Part shown: one piece after another, positions 39,001-51,000 of the stretch | Layout: each line of letters begins with the position of its first letter | Position numbering within the stretch: the stretch's first letter is position 1 | Notes under the pieces: model-generated | Seen by the model: the letters and a program-made list of their open reading frames with translations, nothing else | Told to the model about the DNA's origin: nothing | The model's database searches: none | DNA from: Strigamia acuminata | Lineage: Eukaryota | Length of the DNA: 64,000 nt | Assembly: GCA_949358305.1 (NCBI GenBank) | Contig: OX442314.1 | Location: forward strand, 32,426,001 to 32,490,000 | Direction: 5' to 3' | Made by a program: the position numbers and the translations under genes

Positions 39001-42000
39001 TGTTCGCCACCGTCGCCGCCACCATTTCCCGAATTCTAGATAAAATAAATCAAAAATTAATAAACTATATCAAGGAGTGAAAGGGGAAGGGGGGAAAAGT
39101 TGGGCTGAGAGTATGACGTAAGGGCTATGAATGAGGATTCCGGCACGAGGGGGCGACAAAATCAACCTCCCACGCGAGCACATGACGTCAGTGGATGCCG
39201 TACAATCGTCGAAGACACCGAGCTGGCGGAAGCCATTTTCGGTGCTCCGGCGATATAAGCCGAAATACTTTCCTGGATTCGTTAAACCGAACCAGGATGA
39301 TATGAAATCTTGACCAAAGCGTGGTGCCTGGTCTAAGAAATGATGGTTGTAAGAATTGATGGTTGTAAGAATTTCACACACGACAAGGCAAAGGATGGTG
39401 ACGGCAACGCAAACCGCAACCAACATGGCGGACCGTTCTGCACAACGGCCCGGCATGTCGGTGAAGTCTGGCGCCTGAATCAGAACCCAGTCCTGTCGCA
39501 GAAAACACGAACAAACCATCGATTGTGACAAAAAGGATGTCTCGAAAGAAGATACGCGAACGAGCGAAAAAGTGATACACCTTTTCTGCCTGAACGCGAG
39601 CGAAAAGAGAAAAGAAATAAAACCAAATAATCTTATTGAATTTAAAAAAAAATAAATTTAGATGCGCCGGCTGAGAAAGAAACTCGAGTTCGGGGCAAAA
39701 TAAACAAAGGAGGGGTTGAAAACAAAAAAAAAGAAACGAAAAACTCCAAACGGAAGTGGACTTTGATTTCTTCGAGTCGCGCCGCGGCGGCGAGTGATTC
39801 GGGAAGCGAACTTCTCGGCTCCTCTTACCGCGGCGACAACCCCTCACCGCCCGCTATTGTTTTCCCAGATTGGGGGTCTCAGATCGTGCCGCTGGCCACT
39901 CAAGTGACCAGCGCGCAGGTCATTGACCTCAATTAGGGACAATAGGAACGAGGGATGCACGAATTCCGAGGGGTTAGGCGTGGGTCACGGTGTAACCTTT
40001 GCCAGCTGACTCGCGAATTCGACGCCGATACCCACCTATTTCAGAAAGAAAAACCGGGGACACGGCGAATGGAGGCAAAAACAAAAAAAAAAGATACGTA
40101 ATCAAAAAAAAAAAAACGAAAAATAAAACAAAAAAAAAATTAAAACTGAATTGAAGAAGGAAAACTAATCGAGAGAACCTTTCACAGAAACATCGGGAAA
40201 AAGACGAAAGAGAAGCGAAAAGAAGTGACAGAAAATTTGAGATGGAAGACGGATGCCAAACCGAAACCAATCGCACCAGGCATCACGAAGCGCTTTGTGA
40301 GAGAAAACGCCGAAATTTCAGGTTTTCTTCACACAAAATACTTCTCAAAATGCTTCCCGAACACTAAATGGTCGAAACCACAAGTGTTTCAGTGAATCAA
40401 TTCGATCGCGGCGGTCAAAAATGACTTTGATCCGCCTGCGTTCCTAGCGAGGAGCGGCGGCCGAAACTGCCTGCTCGAGCGCTAAGTTGCACGTAATAAC
40501 GGGGCTGGGGTACGAAAGAAAGCAATCGGTCACGGGTTTTATCGAGAAAAAGGGCCACAGTAAATGATGCAAAAAGAAAATAAATTTGTGTCTTACCCTC
40601 ATATCGCAACTCAAAAACTTTTCCCGAACACAAGCAAAAGTCAGCTGATGCTGAATGGTCGCTCTCTGGAAAACAAGTGACACACGGGGACTATGTCCAG
40701 AAACAAGAAACCTCGAGTCTAAACAGAGAACAATCCTCGACCCGTGACCTGTGATTGGGTCCCACGACACCCTCACCCCTCCAATTGGTGCAATAACCAA
40801 TTCCCAATCTAAAGAGACAAACCGTCTCAGAAAGCGCAGGAAAAACATCACGAAACAATATTATTTTATTGCCACGACAATTTTCCGAATTTTTTAGCAA
40901 AAAACTCCCACGATCCCCGGGCTGAGAAATAAAACCTGCTTAAAAATCGCGGCTGCGGTGCTGAGACCGTCGCCATGGTTACGCTCCTCCGCGAGAATTC
41001 GTGACGTCACATGAACGCCACGATTCTCATCGGTTGAGACCGCAACATGACCGCTGAAACTGGCCACGGAAAGCAGGTAATTAAACAAACTTCTCCGACC
41101 AACTTCAGCGACTTAATCAATCCATTCAACAGTGCTATCGGTCTAGTGACCAACACTGATCGATCGGCGACCATCGAGACGAATCACGGGCCTGCTAATC
41201 GATTTTCCCAACTTTACCGAGCAACAAGTGACTGCTACAAAACGGGTGAGTTCGATAAAAAATAAAAAACATCCGCTTCAATAAGTCATCGTTGCAGGGA
41301 AACTTACGGTTTCAATTCTGTGTTTGTCGGTGTGACAATGACGAGGATTCGCCGTGTCTACGCCTGACGAACGTTCTTCACTTTAAATCCAGCCGAAACA
41401 AGGAATTTCTAAGTTCCTGGCCAGAAAAAAATGCGTCGTAGCCTTTTCACCATGTCGGCTGCGTTATCCTGCGTGTAGCGAGGATGCAATCGAATGACGT
41501 CGAGGCAACGGTCAGCTAGCGGTGCAGGCATCAGGATTTTTACGTCCAAGCCTTGCTCCGCCCTGGTCAGTGACGATTCGGACGAGAACGGGGTATTGAT
41601 ACACAATTCTCCGAATTCGCCGAACGTATAATCGGACATGTATTGCGCCATGGATGGTGGGATTTGGGCCAGAAGACTGTCGTCATCTCGGTCTTCGTCT
41701 AACCATCTCATGATCGCGCTACAGTCGGCGTCTGCCCGCTGGTTCTGCCTAATCTCATCGTAAGACATGATCGCACCAGCGAGGCTTTCTGAAACGAGAG
41801 TGTGGGCAAGCGCGGAAGCAGCTTTCTCTTCGCGTGAGGCCGCCAATGTCGTTTCATCGTCATCTAGGCCCACACGAGAAAGAGCAACTGCGATCCGATC
41901 GTCCACATCTCTCCTGAATTTAAACGAGAATCTCACCTGTTGGAGTTGCATTGCCCACCGCACCAGGCGACCTGACGTGTTGATTGAGTGTAAAAACCAA

Positions 42001-45000
42001 AACAACGCCACGCAACCTGTTTCGATTTCGAATTTTGAATACGCGATGAAAGATCGAAAGGAAGCGACTGCCTGCAGAACTGCCAGACAATCGAGTTCCG
42101 GCGGGCTTAACACTGTCTCGGCGCCTTGCAGCGCACGACTCGCGTAAGCAACGGGTCTTTTGACCCCCAGATGATCGATCTGCGTGAGGACTGCACCGAG
42201 CCCGGTCAAACTTGCGGCAGCCTGGATGACAAAGGTCTTGCCGAAATCAGGCATCGGCTGCACGATCCCACGCGAAAGATGATCCTTGAAAAATTCGAAT
42301 ACTCCCTGACACTCGTCGGACCAATTCCATTCCGCACCCACTGTGAGTAGGTCATCCAGCGGGTTCGACAGATGTTCCAGTCCCTCGATCGGCGGTGTGT
42401 CTCCTCCAAACATGCCGAGGAAACGTCGCAGCTGGGCGACATTCGCTGGTCGCGGGTAGTCCACGATCGCCTGAACACGGCGTTCGTTCGGTCGAAAACC
42501 TGCGGGAGTCATAAAATAGCCAAGAAAGTCCCAAGAAGTAGATATCACACAAGATCCAGACGGGCTAGCGGTCAAGCAAAATTTGCTCAGCCTGCTCAGC
42601 ACGTCGGACAGGTGTGTCAGGTGTTCCTCAAAAGTTTTGCTGAACACCACAATCGAGTCCAGGTAGGGCAACGCCCACTTAAACTTCGATTCGCCGAGCA
42701 CCTTCCCCATCAGCCGTTGAAATGCCACAGGGGTATTCAACAATCCGTAGGGCAATTTCACGAACTGAAAGGTACCTTGAGGTGTGTAAAACGCCGTCTT
42801 AGGTCTGTCCTTGGGTGCAATCCTTACCTGAAAGCAGCCCATAGCCAGATCCAAAGTAGAGAAGAACACACTCCCTTCTAAACAGGCCAAAATCATGGGA
42901 ATAGACGGTACTGGGTACGTGTCTCTCTCCGTGACCGAATTCAGCTGTCTAAAATCAATGCAAGCGTCAAAGGTTCCGTCAGGTAATATACTTATCACCG
43001 GCTGGTTCCTATAAACACTGACACTTCTTTCTATTTCACCCTTTTTCAGCGCGCATCTCACCAAACGGCGCAGAGCTTTCGCTTCAGCAGGGGACGTCGG
43101 TTTGATGTCGCACGAGAAGGATGGCTCATTAAACGTGGGGATCCGAAGTTCCACCGACGGATGACAGCCTCCTATCTCGCTGAAGGTGTGGCTGAACTCG
43201 TCGAGCACACGAGCCAATCTCATCTTCCGCATATCTTCTATTTTGCAGTCTTCCAACAAATCTAATTGTTTGGATGATAGTGACAGTGCGGCCGTGTCGA
43301 CGCCGTATTCCAGCGTGACCCTTGCCCACTTGTCAACATCTGCACCACTGTCGTCTAGCTGTCTAGGCCGAGGAGCGAAAGGAAACGTCATCCCTGGATT
43401 ATCGGCCTTAAACCAATCGTTCCGGGAAATGCGAATTACAATGCCATATTCCCTCAACCAACTACACCCCAAAAGGATGAAGTTAGAAGAAGAAGGTAAC
43501 ACCGCAAACCGTAACCAATCTTCCCCCGTCTGCCAGCTGACGTACAATCTCACCGTCCCCAAGGGACTGGTTACTCTATCGCCCGTCATAACCCTAACGA
43601 AATCATCACAGGGTTCAATCGAGGCTGTTAGTCCGTATTTCTCGGCCGCGGCACTACTCATATACTGCCCTGAAGCAGCGGTATCCATAAGTGCCACCGC
43701 TTCGCGGTCGGAAAAACGAATGTCGACGAACGGGAGAGGGAAATCTCTGCCCAGTCCGGCGACACCCACTGTATCCCAGACCGCTCCGACGGCTAAGCTT
43801 ACGAAACAGACCTGGTCGGGCGGTGAGCCGTCTGTCACGACGCCTTCATCCGCCTCGACTGTTTCTAGCGGCTGGGGTGGCGAGATCCGGTCGTAGAGTT
43901 CGGCGGGCTGAACCACACCGTTCTCCGCAACCAGGTCCACCTCCTCCGGCTCGCTTTCAACGTCCGAATCGTCCGATGCAGCGGCTTGAGCTATCGTCGA
44001 CCTGCTGGACAATTCCATGATACGTTTGCTGAAATCCAATTGCTGCGACACCGCGGATCTTGCCCAAGCTTCCGCCATGTCGCTGGCCTCATTTCGCGCA
44101 CGAACAGCGGCTTTACGCGCCTGTTCTGCGGCAAAATTTGACCAAATTGCTTCGCCATGTGCAGCGGCGGCATCCAGTGCTGCCAGCTGCTTTTCGCGTT
44201 GAAATAACCTAATGAGTTCCATGACATCGTCCTGCGTCTTAATGTCGCATGGATCGACGTCGCAAAGAACAGCCAGTTCTCTGGCCCAAGCCGAATCGAG
44301 ATCCTTGCCTGCCATAAGATGCTATTTCTTTGCAACCAGTGGTAACCAAGTGTGTGCAGTCAAGACCACGCACAGGCAAGGAGTGAGAAAGAATCCAAGG
44401 ACACTTTCACTTCCTACAAACAAACCAAAGTCAGGGGTACCTTGACCAATTACAGCCGCCTACAACTAGGTCGACCATAATTATTTCACAAAAGATCTCA
44501 GCATCCCTTCCAAAGGAATGTCCGACCACTGGCCATGTGTTGGACCTTCGAGCGCTTTTCAGTGCTTCAAGGGTCCTCGATTCTATTTTTAGCTAATTGG
44601 CAGCTGAGCATCTGGTGAAGACCAAAGGCGCGCACCGGGGTGCTGTCCTGTTCTTTCAACAGTGTCCGTGCCCTTTATGCTAAAACTGATTAAACAGAGG
44701 AGTGGCGGGTCAATGGTCGAAACCCTGACCTCGTCATCAACCTGTTATTGCATTCCGTGTACCTTCGAAAATAAAATATGATAAATTACAATGAAAGTCT
44801 TTTTATTGAAAACAATAAAACATTAAGTTTTGGTTCATCTCTCCGCCCCAAAAAATCAAATTAGCGGTTATACTTTGGTATTTTCTAATCCACGCCCCAA
44901 AATAAAAAATTAGCGAACACCTTTCTGGTACTTATCCACGCCCCAAAAGATAGAAAATGGCGAACACCTTTCCGGCATTTATCCACGCCCCAGAAGATAG

Positions 45001-48000
45001 AAATGGGCGACTGGAAGTTCTCTGACACTCCCAAACTAACAAAACAATGCATGCTTCGTCTTTCCCTTCGTGTTCTAAATTATTCGCGCCAGAACCAAGT
45101 AGAAAAAACTGCGTATATCAATTTTTTGTGGCATTTTCTCATCGCGCCCCACAGCTTCGATGCTAAGGTCGTACGTTTTCCTTTGCGCTGGTGTACACGT
45201 CTACCACCAGGTTTAACCTCTGCTGAAAACGCTAAAATCGCGTGTTTTAGGATTCCTCCGATATTGCCTGCTCCTGCACCGAAATCACACCCAAAACACC
45301 ATCAAGATCGCGATAATCCTGATGAGGCAAAAAAAAATGTGACTCAGTCGCCTCAGACTAAGAGTGAAGGGAAATTGGCGAACCGAGCCTGAGTCAGATC
45401 GGAGAATATTGCAACTGAACACGGTCCAGCGCCAGGGAAAGTTAGGTCCAATCCCCGGGAGCCTCACTCCTTTCCAACCCGGATATGAAATTAGAGTAGA
45501 AATAGGATAAAAGAAGGGAACAAGAAAAATGTGGTGTGTTTCACAAAATTGGGAAAAGGGATCCACACACAGCACATTGAAAAAATAAAAGTTTGAAAGA
45601 TGTTGGGCTGGATTCACAGTCTTCGTTTGAAGCTGTTAGCCACCCAATTCGTATTTGCAAGCATTCCACGCGCGGTTTGAAAGCAAATACCGTTAGGCTC
45701 GACACTCCAGCAGTCCCCTGCAAGAGCCGCCCTCCCTGCTGTCCGAGACCCAATTTCGACAGTAAGGCAGTGAAATTGACAAAAATGTGCCATAAGTGGC
45801 CACAAAAACACAAAAAGCCAAAACCACGTCAAACTGCTTCCACCAGTGCCCGGGACAGGGTTGGAAACCCAGTCTCCGTGTGCTCTCCTTAAGTACATGT
45901 GCCTGTAATTCAAAAGATTAATCAAACCGCTGAAACCAGGAATATACCTCTGGCCAGTAATGAACAGCGCTTCCCTAAATATACCGCATTAGTTTATTGC
46001 TGTCCGGGCGAAGCACAGGGCTGAACTGGGATATACTGCACCCAGCAGCATGCCTGCCCACCACAACAACACCACAAACACATTTCCCGCCAAAAAACAC
46101 ACTCGGAAAAAGCACCAAATCGCCCGACCCTGAGGGAGAAATAAAAAAACTTAATCTACCAAATGCTAGTGTGGTGTCGACCCTCTAAGACACTCATTAC
46201 GTCAGCGTAACCTCAGGAATGTCATGAGTAACACATTGTTGGCTCGTGAAAACCAACCTCTACACACCCCACTTTCAAATTGTGTCTGAAATGATGAACC
46301 AGATCTAATTCAACACTCCAAACCACAACATCTGAGCACCTACAAATGGTTTCTCACCTCTACAGGTTGCACACCAAGAAAAGAAAAATCATAAAATTAA
46401 AATAAGGGGGTGTCCAACTTGTGTGCTGGCTGACCCTTGTCCCCCCAAGCTAATTATAGGAACAAACGAGGTCAGACTCAAGCCAAGCCAAACACACAAA
46501 GAAAAACACCAAACAAAACAAAATAAAATTGGAAATCAGACTAATGTGCTGACTGGACATTACCTTCATGAGATGAATAAAAAAAAACAACTCAATCCAG
46601 CAGCAACCAGACCAAACACAAAAGAAAAACAAACCAAAAAAAAAATATACAATTGCACAAATTAACCCAAGACTTGAGCATTACCCAGCCCAAACAAGAG
46701 AAAAAGCGTGACAGAAGAAAAACAAATGTTTCCCAACCCGGCACAAAAATCAAACAAACAGTAAAATTGAGGTTTTAAAACAAGGTCACTGCAGTTCAAT
46801 TAAGTACAAGGGGTGGAGAACACCAAAGAATAGGCACAATGGCGGTCGCTCCTGTGACTGCCTGAGGGGTGAGCAAATCTCCCCCAAACAATTAGAGAAA
46901 CAAACACCAAAGTGCTTTGGTCAGTTGCAGTGTGTCTGAAAATAAATTTCAGAGCCCCTACCACAACAGCACAGAGAAAAATACAATTCCAAGACCTTCA
47001 AATGAAAAAGTGCCCAGCCCTCACAACTAAGCCTCTCACGCGACTCAAAGTGACAAACAAAAACACCCTTCAAATTCCTCAGTCTCAAAGAAAAACATTT
47101 AACCCAAAATCCAAAAAATAAGAAAATGAAAAACAATACAATTGTCCCCCGCCAAAAAATAAAGCAAAAATGTACCAACACTCTGAACAATGAATAAAAC
47201 AATCTGCAACAAAAAATTGAAGCAAACGGCAACCACAATGAAACAAAGGGTTTGCACACAAAGCAAAACAAAATGGCGGACAAAAAAAAAATTTTACAAG
47301 TTCAAATCCAGGACAGGGCCCTCAATTGTGACTGCTATGGTCTCTTCCAGTGTAGTCAGGGGACTGAGAACACTTGGTAGGGACGCATACTTCACGTAAA
47401 TGACGGAGACTTCCCACAATATTGGTTGGTTGGCCTTTATTGCGTTGTCTAGGGGTATGGGGAAACCCGTCACCCGCTGCAGAGGTGCCACGAAGGCACA
47501 CCGCACCGGCAACCAACCCGCCGCGCACTGGGTGGGAACCCAATGCGTGGCGTGGTCGGTTCGACTTAACATTCGTGTCGTACTTACCTACGACCCACGC
47601 GTCCACTCATGGAGGCTGCACAACGGTGGGAACCGTCGTACTGAGTATCATCGTGGTGAATGGTGAGGAGTACAGAGTCAAACCGGGACACTGCTTGTCC
47701 CTCCCAGATGAACACCTTCTCCTCTCGGGGAGCTGCTGCAGGCACGTCCTTCTCAGGCCATGTCCAACACTCAACTCTCTCACACCACTCCCTCCTCACC
47801 ACACTACTCCACTCCCTCCTCCCCGGGCTAGGTCAACTACCCACGTAGGGGTTGACCTTTGGGGCCGCACGGTGGTGTGTGGCAGTGCCGCAGGTCACCT
47901 AGGTGGCCTGGCGGTCACAGTGTATGATCACTATACTCTAGTTGCACTCAAAAAGGACACTCAGTCCTATTGGTCGAGCCTCATTACTACTAACTCCAGA

Positions 48001-51000
48001 CTGTATGCTACTACTAGGAGAAGTAGTTTTGGTTTTTATTTATTTTTGTGATTGTCATGACTACTTTAGTTAATGTAATTTTGATTTTTCTTATTAAAAA
48101 ATGTTATTTCTATCATTGAAATAAAGTTTTATGCACATATAAATGTCAAACTCATGTTTGTTATGTTTATTGGTTACTTTGTCTGGCCGTTGCCTAGGCA
48201 ATCGATTACAATGTCTGTACATTGCTTGCAATTCTGGTGTTTGGCTCGACTTTTTCGGATCACTACACCAGTAAACTAGCTTGACCAATAGGACTGAGTG
48301 TCCTTTTTGAGTGCAACTAGAGTACTGTATATTCTCCAAATTTGAAAGCTCAGACAACATTTGCTTATGTGCAAAAGTGCTGTGTAACAAAAATGTGGAT
48401 TCACTTAAATTGACTTACGTTGCATTGCATCAAGGCTTTCTATACTCTGGTTTGACTCAAGAGTATGCCCTTCTAAGAGCCGCATTACTCCTAACTCAAG
48501 TTTTATTACTGCCACTAAGAAAAGTAGTTTTTATTTTTATTATGATTTGTGATTGTTATTACCATTTAAGTTGATATAATTTTGATTATTTTTATACTTA
48601 TTATACTTATTAAACTTATTAAATAAAGTTCTATGAACATATGAATGAAAAACTCATGTTTGTTATGGTGTTTGGGTCTACATTTTTGGATCACTACACC
48701 AGTGATGCGGCTCTTAGAAGGGCATACTCTTGAGTCGAACCAGAGTATAGAAAACAATTTCAATAATAATTAAGGATGTCCAATGTCCATTGCAAGGACG
48801 ATGTAAGGCTGAATGGTGCAACTGTGTTAAGAACTCTTGTTCTCACCATGGTGATGCTAAGGGATACAGTTTTACCGTATGTGACATTGTCGAGTCACCT
48901 TTTATTGTAAATGTATTCTTTGTACTGTGAAAATCGGGTGATTTTACACGTGAATTGTTGATTTTAATTATTAATTTGTGTTTCTTTTGTATTGTTCGAT
49001 TTATATTGTTGTTTTAATATTTCCATTTCGATTTGTGAATTCGATGTTAAATTTATGTTTTATCATTTTATTACAATATGTTTTCATTTCCACTTAAATG
49101 TTTTGACCTGTTCTTTTATCAACTGGAATTTCAACTTGTTAATCCTGTAAAGAATGTTATATTCCTTTGAAAATTGTAAGCGCTCGCCATTGGTCATTCG
49201 AGCGCGTCATTTGCATTTCTCCATCTCGTGATCGCTTGTGATTGGTTCTTCGAACTTGTCATTTACATCACCTGTTTCCCTTTTTGTTTGAATAAACTTA
49301 GTGTACTTTTTAACCTTAAACTGTGTGGTCGTGCTTCCTTGAAACTCCAACGCCATTTTTCAACATTCAACTTGACTTCAAGAAACATCATTTGTATCCA
49401 GAGAACTTTGGAAATTGATTGGTAAACTTCGAATAACTTTTAATCTATTCTCAAGTTTAACATTGGTGCCGAAACCCGGGAACATTTTAAATTCCGAATT
49501 CATCTAAAAATCTACTAAAATGGTGAGAAATTTTGAGTTAAAGAACAAAGCATTCCGAGCGGCCATGATGGTCACAGAAACACTCTTGACCACAATAACC
49601 ACTGCGCTGAATGGACGAGCTGCAATTCCGCAAGCCACAATCGAATTATGGCTGCAACAGCTCGAACAGAAGCAGAAACGAGTGCAACAAACGTTTGACG
49701 CCACACTGGATCTAGCAAAAAGCGACCAGGAGATTGACGACACCGTGTTAGCACTCGACGCACTGGAGGACCGCTTGGCCGCATCAAAAGCCGATTTAGG
49801 CAGGTACACTCAAATGAATTACCCACCTAATTTACCCCAGAACATACAACCGAACGCGGACGCGCAACCGGCGGCGAACATCGACGCACTGGCGGCGGCC
49901 ATTACCGCAGCAGTGACGGCAGCAACGCCACGAGGGACCCCGACCATCGGCCAGCCGTTCATCAAACGTAAGCCACTAGAAATACCGAAATTTGACGGAC
50001 GCAAACCGGAGGAATGGGGAGGATTCTGGAAGACATTTTCCATCCAAGTTGGCGACGACGAACAGCTGGATGGAACAAACAAACTTTTGTATTTGAGAAA
50101 CTATTTGGTCGGTGACGCATTGGACGACATCAAGGCACTTGAAATCACCACAGGAAACTACGAGATTGCAATTACACGCCTGCAAAAGAAATATGGCGAT
50201 AAAATCGTTCTCGAAAATAAGTATCTGTCGAATTTATTAAACTTGCCATCTGTCAACAGCGATCGAGACCGGATAAGCCTGCAAAAGCTACACAGGCACG
50301 TAGAAATTAACATTGAAAATCTAGCCAACATCAAAGTACCACTGGCGGAAATACAGCGGACCATTTTTCCCGTGCTGTCGTCTGCTGTTCCACGCAGTAT
50401 CATCATGGAATATGACAAAGACTGCGATGGAGAGAGGTCAATAGCAAGGTTGATGGAATGGCTGAGCGACTACCTCGCCAAACACGCCAAGTACGACATG
50501 CTGAAAACCCAATCGAAGCCCGACGCGACCCACAACAAACCATCGGAAAAGGACAACAATCAATCGAACAAGGGGCGATTTAACCGAAAGGAGAAGGAGC
50601 CTCGATCTGGATCAGCGTCACAATTGTTAGTATTAATAATGAAGTGTCAATTTTGTGATTCAGCAGAACATAATCGAAAAAGATGCCCGCTCACGATGGA
50701 GGAGAAAGACAAAAGGCTGCAGAAAAAGGGGATTTGTCTACGATGCTTGGGGAAGGTGCCCCACAAAACAGAAGAGTGTAGGACTCGAATGAAGTGCTAC
50801 AACTGCGAGGGAACACACTACACCCACGTGTGCGACACGCCAAAGTCTGCGGAAGTCGTCGAAACAGTCACCCAAGCCAACTCAGTTGTCACCACTTGTC
50901 CACCCAAATCCGAATTCTTGATGGTCCAGATGGTGAAGATGGCCGGACCAAAGCTATCGACGTTGGGAGTTTGTTATATCGACGGAGGAGCTCAAAGAAC

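Larger units (their letters stand above)
30790..39035 (-). pseudogene. Accessory ORF of about 770 codons in the env position, with N-terminal CxxC pairs; split by the Copia-type insert
   Basis: Removing 32945-38872 and one TSD joins 39035-38873 ([45 protein letters not shown]) in frame to ARHSQR.. and ORF 30790..32892. A pyrimidine tract plus AG precedes 39035. Confidence 0.72.
29489..47919 (-). mobile_element. Large (18.4 kb; about 12.5 kb without the nested insert) non-autonomous Gypsy-type LTR retroelement
   Basis: 593 bp LTRs 29489-30081 and 47327-47919 (one mismatch seen); 4 bp TSD GTGT; G-rich PPT next to 30082; degenerate tRNA-Pro-like PBS TGAGGGCCCTGTCCTGGAT at about 47306-47324. Confidence 0.93.

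Noticed and set aside
45319..45360. CTGATGAG hammerhead-like core
   Set aside because: No correctly placed GAAA or stem II/III architecture.
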